Assembly (NCBI GenBank): GCA_034667725.1
Contig: JAXDQS010000010.1
Span: 384,001 to 448,000, forward strand
Origin: Thermoplasmata archaeon
GTDB taxonomy: Archaea > Thermoplasmatota > E2 > JACPAO01 > JAHFTW01
Direction of reading: 5' to 3'
DNA length: 64,000 nt
Shown here: positions 9,741 through 19,066 of the stretch, piece after piece
Position numbering within the stretch: position 1 is the first letter of the stretch
Layout of the letters: each line of letters starts with the position of its first letter
Program-made: the position numbers and the translations under genes
The notes under the pieces: model-generated
Database searches by the model: none
What the model was told of the DNA's origin: nothing
Seen by the model: the letters and a program-made list of their open reading frames with translations, nothing else

Positions 9741-10519
9741 GGCCGGCCCTGCCCCTGGTCGCGGTCGCGGCCCTGCTGCTCTCCGGCTGCTTCGCGCCCG
9801 CCCCGGGCCGCATCGCCGCCGGCGACGAGGTCCAGGTCCGCGTCACCGGGCAAGCCCTCGACGGCACCACGCTTGCCCCCGAGACGACCGTCACCATCAC
9901 CAACGACACCACCCAGCCCGGCCCCCTCGTCGCCCGGCTGCGGCAAGAGCTGGCGGGCCACAGCCTCGGCCAGACCTTCAGCTTCACCGTCGCCGGCAGC
10001 GAATACCCCGGCCGCCAAGCGGTCGCGCGCCGCCTCGCCCCATTGGCGCTGGAGCGCGCCTACAGCGCCGAGTCGTTCTCCGACGACGAGCGCCAAGTCG
10101 GCCACGTCCTCCAGGAGACACCCTTCAAGGTCCACGTCGTCGCCGTCACCAACGCCACCGTCACCCTGCGCTCCGAGATCGCCAACGGTCTCCGGGAACC
10201 GCTGCCCCAATACGGCCTCGACCTGGTGTACGAGGTCAACGGCAACTTCGCGACCCCCGTCCTGGAGCCCAAGCCCGGCGCCACCTTCCGCATCACGCCC
10301 GACGACCACAACTTCGAGCCCGGCGCCTACCGCGTCCTCGGCATCCAAGGCGACAAGGCCGTGTTCGAGCACAACCCGTTCCCCGACCAGACCGTCCGCT
10401 ACACCGTCAAGATCCTCGGCGGCGGGTCGGGCGTCGCCACCGACGGCAACTACATCGCGCGCACCACGCCCGCCCTGGCGAACGCGACCGCGGACGACGG
10501 GCACGACCACGTCCACTGA
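9737..10519 (+). CDS. Lipoprotein with degenerate FKBP/SlyD-like fold and His-rich tail
   Basis: LLLSGC lipobox; GDEVQVRVTGQALDGT; HNPFPDQTVRYTVKIL (compare NHPLAGKTLxFxV); ends DDGHDHVH. Confidence 0.7.
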   Translation: MRPALPLVAVAALLLSGCFAPAPGRIAAGDEVQVRVTGQALDGTTLAPETTVTITNDTTQPGPLVARLRQELAGHSLGQTFSFTVAGSEYPGRQAVARRLAPLALERAYSAESFSDDERQVGHVLQETPFKVHVVAVTNATVTLRSEIANGLREPLPQYGLDLVYEVNGNFATPVLEPKPGATFRITPDDHNFEPGAYRVLGIQGDKAVFEHNPFPDQTVRYTVKILGGGSGVATDGNYIARTTPALANATADDGHDHVH

Positions 10520-10530
10520 GCCCACGTTCC

Positions 10531-10822
10531 CGCCGACTGGACACAGATTCCACAGGGTTCTGTGGGAATCTTCCGAATCTGGGAAAATCAGTGCCCGTCG
10601 CGAGCGCCGACTGGACATAGGTTCCACAGGGTTCTGTGGGAATCTTCCGAATCTGAGTGAATCGGTGCTCGTCGCGGCCGATTGGACACAGATTCCACAG
10701 ACCATGGCCTTGGAGTTGGCGGGGCCTAGGAACAGAATTCCACAGATGGTCTGTGGGAATCTTCAGAATCTGAGGGAATCCGTGCTCGTCACGCGGCCGC
10801 CGGCTGGACACAGGTTCCACAG
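10531..10822. repeat. Tandem array of ~72-74 bp palindromic REP-like units
   Basis: Units start at 10531, 10605, ~10677 (interrupted) and ~10798 (partial); consensus GCCGACTGGACACAGATTCCACAG-N4-5-CTGTGGGAATCTTCCGAATCTG. Confidence 0.85.
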
Positions 10823-10843
10823 AGTGCTCTCTGCCTCCCAATA

Positions 10844-11028
10844 GCCTCCTGCGTCGGCCAGCGGTCGTCCCTCCGCTTCGCGTTCGGGGCGGAGCCGATT
10901 CCTTCTGCGTGGACGCCCCAGCTCGCTGCGCTCGCTGGGGGCAGTCACTTGAAACGAATCGTCTCCGCCTCCCACTGGCCTCCTGCGTCGGCCAGCGGTC
11001 GTCCCTCCGCTTCGCGTTCGGGGCGGAG
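10844..11028. repeat. Perfect 51-bp direct repeat (10844-10894 and 10978-11028), part of a hairpin element
   Basis: GCCTCCTGCGTCGGCCAGCGGTCGTCCCTCCGCTTCGCGTTCGGGGCGGAG occurs twice. Confidence 0.9.
10945..10968 (-). repeat. Synonymously recoded duplicate of the aCPSF1 3' end (AETIRFK-stop)
   Basis: 21/24 identity to 11054-11077; all differences at codon position 3. Confidence 0.85.
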
Positions 11029-11053
11029 ACCCTCGGTTCCCCGTTCGCTTCGC

Positions 11054-12973
11054 TCACTTGAACCGGATGGTCTCCGCGTTCTGCATCGCCCTGGCCTCGA
11101 TGCCGAACTTGGCCGTGATCGACTCCGCCAGGTCGATGCACTTCGACGCCTCGCCGTGGCCGGTGAGCACCAGCTTCGGCATGGGCTCCATGTTCTGGAT
11201 GAAGTTCATGAGCTGGCGGCGGTCGCAGTGGCCGCTGAAGCCGTCGATGGTCTCGACCGCCAGTTCGACGCGGACGTTGGTGGTGCCGCCCTTCTCCTGG
11301 AGCGGCATCTCGCGGTAGCCGCGCTGGAGCTTGCGGCCGAGGCTGCCCTCCGCGTTGAAGCCGACGAAGCAGAGCACGTTGCGCGCGTCGTCCGCCCAGT
11401 GCTTCATGTACTCCAGCACGGGGCCGCCGGTCATCATGCCGGAGGTCGCAAGCACGATGCAGGGGTCGGGGTCGCCGCAGATCCGCTGCCGCATCTCGTG
11501 GGAGTCGACGCGCTTAAACATCGGCGCCAGCAGCGGGTTGTCGTTCTGCTGGAAGATGCGCTTCTTGAGCTCCTCGTTGAGGTACTCGGGGTAGCAAGTA
11601 TGGAGCGCGGTGGCTTCCCAGATCATGCCGTCGAGGTAGACCGGCTGCTTGGGGATGGCGCCGGTGCGCATCAGCTCCTCCAGCACCAACATGACCTCTT
11701 GGCTGCGGCCGACGGCGAACACCGGGAAGATGGCCTTGCCCTTCCGCTCCGCGCAGGCTTGGAGGACCTTCTTGGTCTGCTCGGCGGCCTCGACGCGGGC
11801 GGGCTGGAGGTTGTCCTTGCCGCCGTAGGTGGACTCCACGATGACGGCGTCGAGGCGGGGAAACTTGTTGTGCGCCGGGTTGAACAGCCAGCTGCGCTCG
11901 TACTTGATGTCGCCCGAGAACGCCACGTTGTAGAGCCCGTCGCCGACGTGGAAGTGGCACACCGACGAACCCAGGATGTGGCCCGCGTCGTGGAAGGTGA
12001 GGCGGATATCGGGGCTGATGTCCGTGGTCTCGCCCCAGTCCACCGCGATGGTGTTCCGCAGCGCCGCCCGCACGTGCTCGGCGTCGAACGGCTTCGGCTT
12101 GCCCTGCGCCTCCGCCACCCGGATGTAGTCCATCGTGAGAAGCGCCATGATGTCGCGTGTCGGCGGCGTGCAGTAGACCGGGCCATCGTAGCCGTACTTG
12201 AACAGCAGCGGGACCAGGCCGCAATGGTCGAGGTGGCCGTGGGTCAGCACTACCGCGTCGAGGCTCGTGAACGGCTGCACCTCGCCCAGGTGGAACATCG
12301 GGGTCGCCGGGTCGTTCTCCTCGAACTTGACGCCACAGTCGACGAGGACCTTCGAGTCCTGCGTCTGCAGCATCGAGCAGGAGCGGCCGACCTCGCGCCA
12401 CGCCCCCAGCGCCGTCATGCGGACCCAGCGCTCGGCCTCGGGGGGCGCGGCGCTGCGGTGCATCCGCCGGCCGACGCGGCGCAGGAACTTGCGGCGCTCG
12501 TCCGCGACCGTGCGCAGGTACTCGCGCACCTCGCGCACGGTGCGGCTCGGGATGGGCGGCGTCCGCACCACCTTCGGGTTCCAGCCGACCTCGGCGCGGA
12601 TGCGGTTCAAGGTCGAGCCCTGCGCGCCGATGGCGACCCCCGGCCGCTGCGCCTCGATGGTGACCTCGCCGATGGCGGCGGCCCAGGAGAGGTCCGTGAC
12701 GCCCGCGTTCTCCGGCACGATGGCCTTGATGCGCTGCGCCGCCTCCTCCGGCGGCATCAGGACGGACGGGTCCGGCCGGACGGCGACGCGCTTCTGGAGC
12801 CCGCGGGCCAGCTTGCGGATGAGCTCGCCGTCGGCCGCGAACGCCTGCGGCGTCTTGGTGTAGAGGACCAGCTCGTGCGCCTCGAAGTCCAGATCGGTGA
12901 CGTCGACGCCGCGCGGCAGGATCCGGTCCGCCTGAGCGCGCATCTCCCGCAGGAGGTCTTCGACGTTGGCCAT
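11054..12973 (-). CDS. fttA: Beta-CASP ribonuclease aCPSF1 / transcription termination factor FttA
   Basis: N-terminal KH domains, REVGRSC, THGHLDHCG, AGHILGSS, ESTYG, FSGHCD; adjacent to proteasome beta as in many archaea. Confidence 0.97.
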   Translation of the reverse strand: MANVEDLLREMRAQADRILPRGVDVTDLDFEAHELVLYTKTPQAFAADGELIRKLARGLQKRVAVRPDPSVLMPPEEAAQRIKAIVPENAGVTDLSWAAAIGEVTIEAQRPGVAIGAQGSTLNRIRAEVGWNPKVVRTPPIPSRTVREVREYLRTVADERRKFLRRVGRRMHRSAAPPEAERWVRMTALGAWREVGRSCSMLQTQDSKVLVDCGVKFEENDPATPMFHLGEVQPFTSLDAVVLTHGHLDHCGLVPLLFKYGYDGPVYCTPPTRDIMALLTMDYIRVAEAQGKPKPFDAEHVRAALRNTIAVDWGETTDISPDIRLTFHDAGHILGSSVCHFHVGDGLYNVAFSGDIKYERSWLFNPAHNKFPRLDAVIVESTYGGKDNLQPARVEAAEQTKKVLQACAERKGKAIFPVFAVGRSQEVMLVLEELMRTGAIPKQPVYLDGMIWEATALHTCYPEYLNEELKKRIFQQNDNPLLAPMFKRVDSHEMRQRICGDPDPCIVLATSGMMTGGPVLEYMKHWADDARNVLCFVGFNAEGSLGRKLQRGYREMPLQEKGGTTNVRVELAVETIDGFSGHCDRRQLMNFIQNMEPMPKLVLTGHGEASKCIDLAESITAKFGIEARAMQNAETIRFK

Positions 12974-13034
12974 GGGACACCGAGAAAGAACTGGGGAGAA
13001 GGGAGGGGAAGGGAGGAAGAGGACGGAGCGCGGG

Positions 13035-13787
13035 TCAGTCGTTCCAGCTCGCCGGCAGCTTGAGCGCCTTGTGCCGCTTCAGCACTTCCTCGTCCGTCAG
13101 CCGGCGGAAGCCGTTGCCGTCGATGATGGCGATGTCCATGCCGTTGCCGGAGGCGGAGTCGCGGCGCATGCTGGCGTTCAACGCACGGATGGCGAGGTCG
13201 ACCCCTTCCTTGACGGACAGGTCGTTGCCGATGCGGTCCTCCAGCACGCCGAACGCATACGGGGAGCCGGAGCCGGTGACGGTCCAGTTCTCCTGGATGG
13301 CGCCGCCGGCGGCGTCCACCGAGTAGATGCTGCCGCCCTTGTCGTCGTAGCCGCCGACGATGAGCTGCACCCAGTAGGGCGCGAAGCGGGAGGCGTTGAG
13401 GATGTTGCCAAGCAGCGTGGAGGCGCCGCGCACGGGCATGGGGGCGTCGCGCTTGAAGCGGTAGAGCTGCGCCTGGGCCTGGAGGTGGCGGGCGATCATC
13501 TGGGCGTCGCCGACCAGGCCGGCCGTGGTGAGGGCCAGGTGGCGGTCGACGGGGAACAGCTTCTGGGTGTGCTTGTGGCCGATGAGGTGGCCCATGGTGG
13601 CGCGGCGCTCGGTGGCCATGACGACGCCGTCGGGGCCGGCGATGGCGAGCGTGGTGGTGCCGGTCTTGGCGGCGGGGGCGCCGGAGGGGCCTTGGGCGGG
13701 CAGGGTCGGCAGGGGCAGGCGGGCCTCGTGCGCAGGGGCAAGGCCGTGGGACAGGTCGGAACCAAAGGTGAAGTCGGAGCGCGCCAT
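13035..13787 (-). CDS. psmB: Proteasome subunit beta
   Basis: Propeptide ending KTG|TTT, AGLVGDAQ, TGSGSPYAFGVLE, RDSASGNG. Confidence 0.97.
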   Translation of the reverse strand: MARSDFTFGSDLSHGLAPAHEARLPLPTLPAQGPSGAPAAKTGTTTLAIAGPDGVVMATERRATMGHLIGHKHTQKLFPVDRHLALTTAGLVGDAQMIARHLQAQAQLYRFKRDAPMPVRGASTLLGNILNASRFAPYWVQLIVGGYDDKGGSIYSVDAAGGAIQENWTVTGSGSPYAFGVLEDRIGNDLSVKEGVDLAIRALNASMRRDSASGNGMDIAIIDGNGFRRLTDEEVLKRHKALKLPASWND

Positions 13788-13893
13788 GAGAAAGGCTCCC
13801 CGCGGGCCGCGGGCGCCGTTGCATGGACCTGCGGGTTATGAACGCTGGGAGCCGACGCGCAAGCCTCAAGCCCGCCCGGGAGTCGCCGCCGCC

Positions 13894-14697
13894 GTGCAGG
13901 TCGTCGCCATCCTGGTCGGGCCGCAGCATCCCGGCAACGTGGGGGCGGCGGCGCGGGCGGCGGCCAACTTCGGGGTGGCGGACCTGCGCTTCGTGGCGCC
14001 CGAGTGCGACGTGCGGGCCAAGGAGGCCTACGACCGGGCCATCCACGCCAAGGATTTGCTCGACAACGCGCGGACGTTCCCCGACCTCAAGTCGGCGCTG
14101 GAGGGCGTGTCGTTGTCGATCGGCACGACGGCCCGCAAGGCGCTGGCGGCCAACCACTTCCTCCGCAAGCCGTCAGACATCCGCGACGCGATGGCGGAGC
14201 TGGCCGGCTGGGACGGCACGCTGGCCTGGGTGTTCGGGCGCGAGGACGCGGGGCTGACCGGGCCGGAGGTGGACCTGCTGGATCAACTCGTCACCATCCC
14301 CACCTCCGAGTATTGGAGCCTCAACCTCAGCCACGCCGTCGGGATCTGCTGCTACGAGTCGTTCCGCCTCCAGTCCCAGAGCATCACGCCCGAGCGCACG
14401 CTGGCCCCCGGCGCGCTCGTGGCGATGAACGAGGCCTGGGACGCCATCGTCCATGAGGCGGAGGACCGTGAGTGGCGCAAGCGGGTCGCGTCGGGCGTGT
14501 GGCGCAAGGTCGTCGGCCGCAGCCGCCCCGACACCTTCGAGGTGCACAACATCATGGGCATCCTCGCCAACACCCTCAAGCGGTTCGGGCACCCGGACTA
14601 CAAGTCGGCGGCCAGCGACCTCCGGCTCGGCCAGGAGGGCAAGCTCATCGCGGGCAAGGCGGCACGAGGGCAAGGAAAAGGCGGGGAAGAGGAGTAG
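13894..14697 (+). CDS. trmJ: SPOUT tRNA methyltransferase, TrmJ/LasT family
   Basis: PQHPGNVGAAARAAANFG, VFGREDAGL, SLNLSHAV. Confidence 0.88.
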   Translation: MQVVAILVGPQHPGNVGAAARAAANFGVADLRFVAPECDVRAKEAYDRAIHAKDLLDNARTFPDLKSALEGVSLSIGTTARKALAANHFLRKPSDIRDAMAELAGWDGTLAWVFGREDAGLTGPEVDLLDQLVTIPTSEYWSLNLSHAVGICCYESFRLQSQSITPERTLAPGALVAMNEAWDAIVHEAEDREWRKRVASGVWRKVVGRSRPDTFEVHNIMGILANTLKRFGHPDYKSAASDLRLGQEGKLIAGKAARGQGKGGEEE

Positions 14698-14716
14698 GGA
14701 AGCGCGGTCCGGCGCC

Positions 14717-16126
14717 TCAATACTGGGCGCTCCACCCCATGTGCGTGAAGGCCGTCGGCGTGGCCGAGCCCGTCGAGGTGATGCGCAGGTCCAGCAGGTC
14801 GCCCGCGACGATCGGGACCGTGTGCGTCACGTCGTTGCACGCCGTGGCGGTGCCCGTCACCGTGCACAGGATGCCGGTGTTCGCGCCGTTCTTCCGGAGC
14901 TCGGCCGTCCAGGTGCGGCTGCTGCCGGTGCCCGGGGCGACGTCGAGCTTCACGAACAGGTTCTTCAGCGTGCCCGACGACGGCGCCGGCATCTGCTGCA
15001 GGCTCTCGGTCGTGGAGGAGCCGCCGACGAACGGCTGGTAGAAGTTGTCGCTCCCGGCCGTGTTGGGGACCGAGGCCCCGTTGCTGCCGCCGATGGTGGT
15101 GGCGCCCGTCGCGCCCGTGGAGCCTTGCGGACCGGTGGCGCCCGTGGGGCCTTGCGGCCCCGTGGCGCCGGTGGTCCCTTGCGGCCCGGCGGGCCCGGTG
15201 GCGCCCTGGGGGCCGGTGGGGCCGGTGGCGCCTTGCGGCCCGGTGGCTCCCGTCGGGCCCTGCGGGCCTTGCAGGCCCATGGGCCCCTCGGGACCTTGGG
15301 GGCCCTGCGGGCCCATGGGACCTTCAGGACCCATGGTGCCGGTGGGCCCTTGCGGGCCGGTGGCGCCGGTGGGGCCCTGCGGCCCGGTCGGGCCTTCGGG
15401 TCCGGTGGGGCCGGCGGGGCCCATGGGGCCGGTCGGGCCCTGGGCGCCTGGGGCGCCCGTGGGGCCTTCCGGGCCGGTGGCGCCCGCGGGGCCTGCGGCG
15501 CCCGTCGGGCCCGTGGCGCCGGCCGAGCCCGTGGGGCCGGGGGGGCCGTTGCAGACGTAGGAGGTCGAGGTGACCTCGCCAGGCTCCAGCACCCCGTTGC
15601 CCGCGGTGCCGCTCGGCGTCCCGTCGTCCAGGCCGGAATCGACCCGGACCCCGCCGTGGGCGCAGTTGGCGCCGGGCGGCTCGGAGGTCACCGCCACGAG
15701 CGCCGTCGCCCCGCCGGAGGGCGGGGGCGGCGGAGGCGGCGGGGGCGCGGCGCACTGCTCCGTGCCCTGCGGGAAGGCGAACCAGCAGCTCTCGAAGTTG
15801 CTGGGGCCGCCGGGGAACGAGGCGCGGAAGCGGACCTGGTGGCCGGGCTCGAGGTGGTAGCTGCCGCCCCACCAGGTGTGGTCGCTGGTCCAGGACTGGG
15901 AGGTGAGCGTGACCCAGTCGCCGCCGGTGTCCATCGACTGCACGGAGGAGGCCAGCGCCCCGGCGGAGCCGCCCAGGCGCACCTGGACCCACCACTCGTT
16001 GCCGGAGACCTGCGTGAACGCCACGGTGCGCCCGTCGGGCATGGTCTGCGTGTGGTTGCTGGTTGAAGAAGGAACGAAGAGGGCTCCCAACAACAGGAGC
16101 GCGACGGCAAGCGTGGCACGTTGCAT
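14717..16126 (-). CDS. Secreted collagen-like protein
   Basis: Signal peptide, Trp-rich N-domain, poly-Pro, EPPGANC...YVCNG module, about 50 uninterrupted Gly-X-Y triplets, C-terminal globular domain. Confidence 0.88.
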   Translation of the reverse strand: MQRATLAVALLLLGALFVPSSTSNHTQTMPDGRTVAFTQVSGNEWWVQVRLGGSAGALASSVQSMDTGGDWVTLTSQSWTSDHTWWGGSYHLEPGHQVRFRASFPGGPSNFESCWFAFPQGTEQCAAPPPPPPPPPSGGATALVAVTSEPPGANCAHGGVRVDSGLDDGTPSGTAGNGVLEPGEVTSTSYVCNGPPGPTGSAGATGPTGAAGPAGATGPEGPTGAPGAQGPTGPMGPAGPTGPEGPTGPQGPTGATGPQGPTGTMGPEGPMGPQGPQGPEGPMGLQGPQGPTGATGPQGATGPTGPQGATGPAGPQGTTGATGPQGPTGATGPQGSTGATGATTIGGSNGASVPNTAGSDNFYQPFVGGSSTTESLQQMPAPSSGTLKNLFVKLDVAPGTGSSRTWTAELRKNGANTGILCTVTGTATACNDVTHTVPIVAGDLLDLRITSTGSATPTAFTHMGWSAQY

Positions 16127-16254
16127 AGCCTCCAGTCTCGGGCAGGACGGCATAGCCGTTCAGGGACACCCAGCCTTGAGGCACACGCACAGGTTCACGC
16201 GTGCAAAAAAACCGCATCGTGCAGCTTAGGACGCGCGCCCCGCCTTCGCCGCCC

Positions 16255-16863
16255 GTGGTCTCCTGGCTTCCGCACGCCGTCGTGCCCGGCCTGTTCGCGC
16301 TGGCGTTCTTCCGCCGCCTCCCGCGCCCGTGGGTGCTGGCGCTGCTGCCGGTCGTGTGGGTGCAGGACATGGACTACTTCGTGGGCGGCACCCACCGCGC
16401 CTTGACGCACAACGTCTGGATCCCGCTCGCCTTCCTGCTGGGCGCCGTGTGGCTGTGGCGCCAGAAGGACCCCGCCGCCCCGTTCCTGGCGTTCGCGTCG
16501 AAGCCCGGCTGGGCGCTGGCCCTGCTGCTGTGCGGCTACTACACCGCCTCGCACGTGTTCCTCGACGTGTTCGCCGGCGGCGTCGTGCTGTTCTGGCCGC
16601 TCTCGGACCTCAACTTCTACTGGCACTACGAGATCGTCCTCGACCTGCGCTCCGGCGACCTGACGCCCGTGCAGGAGGTCGGCACCGAGCAGGGCGTCCC
16701 GGAGGTCAGCGACCACTACACCTGGTTCTCCACCGAGCACGCGGCCCTCGCCGCGTTCCTGCTGGCCTGCGCCCTCGTGGGCCTCGCCGCCTGGCTGTGG
16801 CGCCGGCGCCGCCCGGTCGCGGCGTCCATCCACAAAGGGCAAGAGCCGCCCCCGGGTCGCTGA
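16255..16863 (+). CDS. Membrane-bound metal-dependent hydrolase (YdjM-like)
   Basis: QDMD, HRALTH and SHVFLD motifs within TM segments. Confidence 0.8.
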   Translation: MVSWLPHAVVPGLFALAFFRRLPRPWVLALLPVVWVQDMDYFVGGTHRALTHNVWIPLAFLLGAVWLWRQKDPAAPFLAFASKPGWALALLLCGYYTASHVFLDVFAGGVVLFWPLSDLNFYWHYEIVLDLRSGDLTPVQEVGTEQGVPEVSDHYTWFSTEHAALAAFLLACALVGLAAWLWRRRRPVAASIHKGQEPPPGR

Positions 16864-16867
16864 CGCG

Positions 16868-17992
16868 ATGCGTCCCCTCGTGGCCCCGCTCGTGCTGCTG
16901 GCGCTGCTCTTGGCCGGCTGCGGCGGGGCCTCCGACGACGGCTCCGGCGACCGCGACGGCGACGGCCTCTCGGACGCAGGCGAGGCCGCCGGCTGGCGCA
17001 TCACCATCGACCTGGCCACCGGCCGCGTCGGGCGCGTGGTCACGAGCGACCCGGACGCCTTCGACACCGACGCCGACGGGCTCGCGGACTACTTCGAGGC
17101 CGCCCTCGGCCGCGACCCGCGCAGCCCCGACACCGACGAGGACGGCCTCACCGACTGCGAGGAGGACCGCCACGCCGTCCGCGCCGAATGCGAGGACCCC
17201 GCGTTCGCGGGCCCGTTCGACGGCGGGCTGCCCACCGACGGCTCGCGCGCCGACTCCGACCCCGGCCAGGGCCGCTACGTCAACCTGGTGCGCGGCCACC
17301 CCGACGCCACCGGCACGCTGGACGGCCCGCTGCCCTACGGCGACGGCGTCCCCGACGCCCTGGAGATGCGCGGCTACTCCGTCCGCCTGTGGGACGGCCG
17401 GGTCCGCGAGGTCCGCACCGACCCGATGGCCCGCGACTCCGACGGCGACGGCCTGGAGGACGGCGAGGAGGCCTACCAGTTCCAGAGCGACCCCACCGTG
17501 GCCGACAGCGACGGCGACGGCTGCGCCGACGGCCTCGACCTGTTCCCGGAGGCCGACGTGCGCCTCCAGCCCCGCCTCGGCAACCTGACCTGGACCGCCA
17601 ACACCCCCGCCCGCCTGGCCGTCCGCGTCGTGGTGGACGGCGTCCCCGGCGAGGCCGCCGGCGAGGTCGCCGTCCAGCCCGGCCAGACCGTGGACCTGTC
17701 CACCCTGGCGTTCCCGGCCCGCGCCGCCGGCTGCTCCCACCTGCCCTGGCAGGGCTGGGTCGGCGCCACCGCCCAGCTGGTGTGGAAGGACCACCCCGAC
17801 GGCGCCCGCCTGCTCACCGGCGGCCCCGCCGCCGCCAGCCCCCGCGACGGCCGGGTCGCCGCCGACATCGTGGGCGCCGAGGCCCAGGCCGGCCCCGCCC
17901 GCGCCGAGCGGGCGGAGGCCGCCTGGACGTGGCAGGTCCTGCCCGTGCTTCCGGACGGGCGCCCATTCCTGGGCGGGATTCAAGGCGCGTAA
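16868..17992 (+). CDS. Lipoprotein with Ca-binding DxDxDG (TSP3-like) repeats
   Basis: LLAGC lipobox; DRDGDGLSD, DTDADGLAD, DTDEDGLTD, DSDGDGLED, DSDGDGCAD. Confidence 0.85.
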   Translation: MRPLVAPLVLLALLLAGCGGASDDGSGDRDGDGLSDAGEAAGWRITIDLATGRVGRVVTSDPDAFDTDADGLADYFEAALGRDPRSPDTDEDGLTDCEEDRHAVRAECEDPAFAGPFDGGLPTDGSRADSDPGQGRYVNLVRGHPDATGTLDGPLPYGDGVPDALEMRGYSVRLWDGRVREVRTDPMARDSDGDGLEDGEEAYQFQSDPTVADSDGDGCADGLDLFPEADVRLQPRLGNLTWTANTPARLAVRVVVDGVPGEAAGEVAVQPGQTVDLSTLAFPARAAGCSHLPWQGWVGATAQLVWKDHPDGARLLTGGPAAASPRDGRVAADIVGAEAQAGPARAERAEAAWTWQVLPVLPDGRPFLGGIQGA

Positions 17993-17994
17993 CC

Positions 17995-18008
17995 AGAACC
18001 CTTAATAT
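17995..18008 (+). promoter_or_regulatory. Putative BRE/TATA promoter of the cell-surface gene
   Basis: AGAACCCTTAATAT, an A/T island in GC-rich DNA about 80 bp upstream of ATG 18086. Confidence 0.5.
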
Positions 18009-18085
18009 TCAGGGAAAGTGTCGTTGGGTCAACCCGAAGCCCCGGGGAACGGGTTTGGTCCCGAAATCCGGAGTCTGGTGCCCCC

Positions 18086-19051
18086 ATGAACAACAACGCC
18101 TCCCGCATCCTCGCCTTGGCCCTCGCCACGGCGGTGGCCGCCATCCTCGTGGCGCCCGCCGGCACGGCCCAAGCCGACGTCGAGCCCCAGCTCAACCTCC
18201 AGAAGGTCACGCCCGCCAAGGCCGGCCCCCTCATCCCGAACGTCGACACCGTCAAGTTCACCGTCAGCGGCACCTTCACCTACCAGCAGACCGGCTCCTT
18301 CGTGGGCGGCCCCCTGGTCCCGTCGGTGCTGATGCAGTACACCCAGCCGACCTGCCCCTCCGCCCCTGGCATCACCATCACCGGCGCGCTGGCCACGGCC
18401 ATCGACGTCAGCGGCGCCACCCCGCAGAAGACCAGCTTCCCCTTCGACTCGGAGTTCACCGTGTCCGCCTCGCAGCTGGCCCCCGGCGAGACCGACATCC
18501 TGTGCACCTGGAAGGGCAAGGTCCTCGCCAACGGCCTGCCCGGCTTCACCGAGACCCCGGAGCAGTCGATCTCGACCACCATCAAGGTCCGCTTCCTCGG
18601 CCTGCTGTCCGCCAGCGTCCCCGCCACCATCCAGGAGGGCGGCCCCCAGAAGGAGATCACCTACGAGCTCCAGCTGACCAACCTGGGCAACTCGCTCACC
18701 AACGTCAACTTCGACCTCGCCAACGCCGAGACCGTGCCCGAGGGCTGGTCGCCGGTGCCCCCGACGCCCATCATCATGCAGTCGAAGCAGCAGGGCGGCA
18801 CGGAGTTCACCGCGAAGGTGCCCTTCACCATCCAGACCCCGCACAGCAACGGCTGGAACAACGACGAGACCACCTTCCAGCTGAAGATCACGCCCAGCTC
18901 GGTCAACAACCCGGAAGACAAGGGCAACACCATCGCGGTCAACGTCCTGGCCCGCGTCCGCGGCATCTACGTCCCCGGCCCCGAGCCCTTCCTCCTGGTG
19001 GCCGCCGTCCTCGGCGCCGCCCTGGTCGCCCGCCTCGCCCGCAAGGACTGA
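18086..19051 (+). CDS. Cell-surface (S-layer-like) protein with PGF-CTERM-like sorting tail
   Basis: Signal peptide, Thr-rich beta domains, C-terminal VPGPEP, hydrophobic helix and RLARKD; strongly biased codons. Confidence 0.75.
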   Translation: MNNNASRILALALATAVAAILVAPAGTAQADVEPQLNLQKVTPAKAGPLIPNVDTVKFTVSGTFTYQQTGSFVGGPLVPSVLMQYTQPTCPSAPGITITGALATAIDVSGATPQKTSFPFDSEFTVSASQLAPGETDILCTWKGKVLANGLPGFTETPEQSISTTIKVRFLGLLSASVPATIQEGGPQKEITYELQLTNLGNSLTNVNFDLANAETVPEGWSPVPPTPIIMQSKQQGGTEFTAKVPFTIQTPHSNGWNNDETTFQLKITPSSVNNPEDKGNTIAVNVLARVRGIYVPGPEPFLLVAAVLGAALVARLARKD

Positions 19052-19066
19052 GCCGGTCGATCGGCG

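Noticed and set aside
10531-10822. CRISPR array
   Set aside because: Units are degenerate along their whole length, with no constant repeat/unique spacer alternation and no cas genes in the window.
10945-11077. Diversity-generating retroelement TR/VR pair (also 47983-48165)
   Set aside because: Duplicates are only 24-30 bp, mismatches are synonymous and not confined to adenines of one copy, and no reverse transcriptase is present.
9707-11141. ORFs spanning the 10.5-11.0 kb intergenic region
   Set aside because: They are translations of the repeats, overlap real genes and have atypical composition.
15099-15548. 9-bp-periodic DNA repeat as a non-coding element
   Set aside because: Fully explained by the collagen Gly-X-Y coding sequence.
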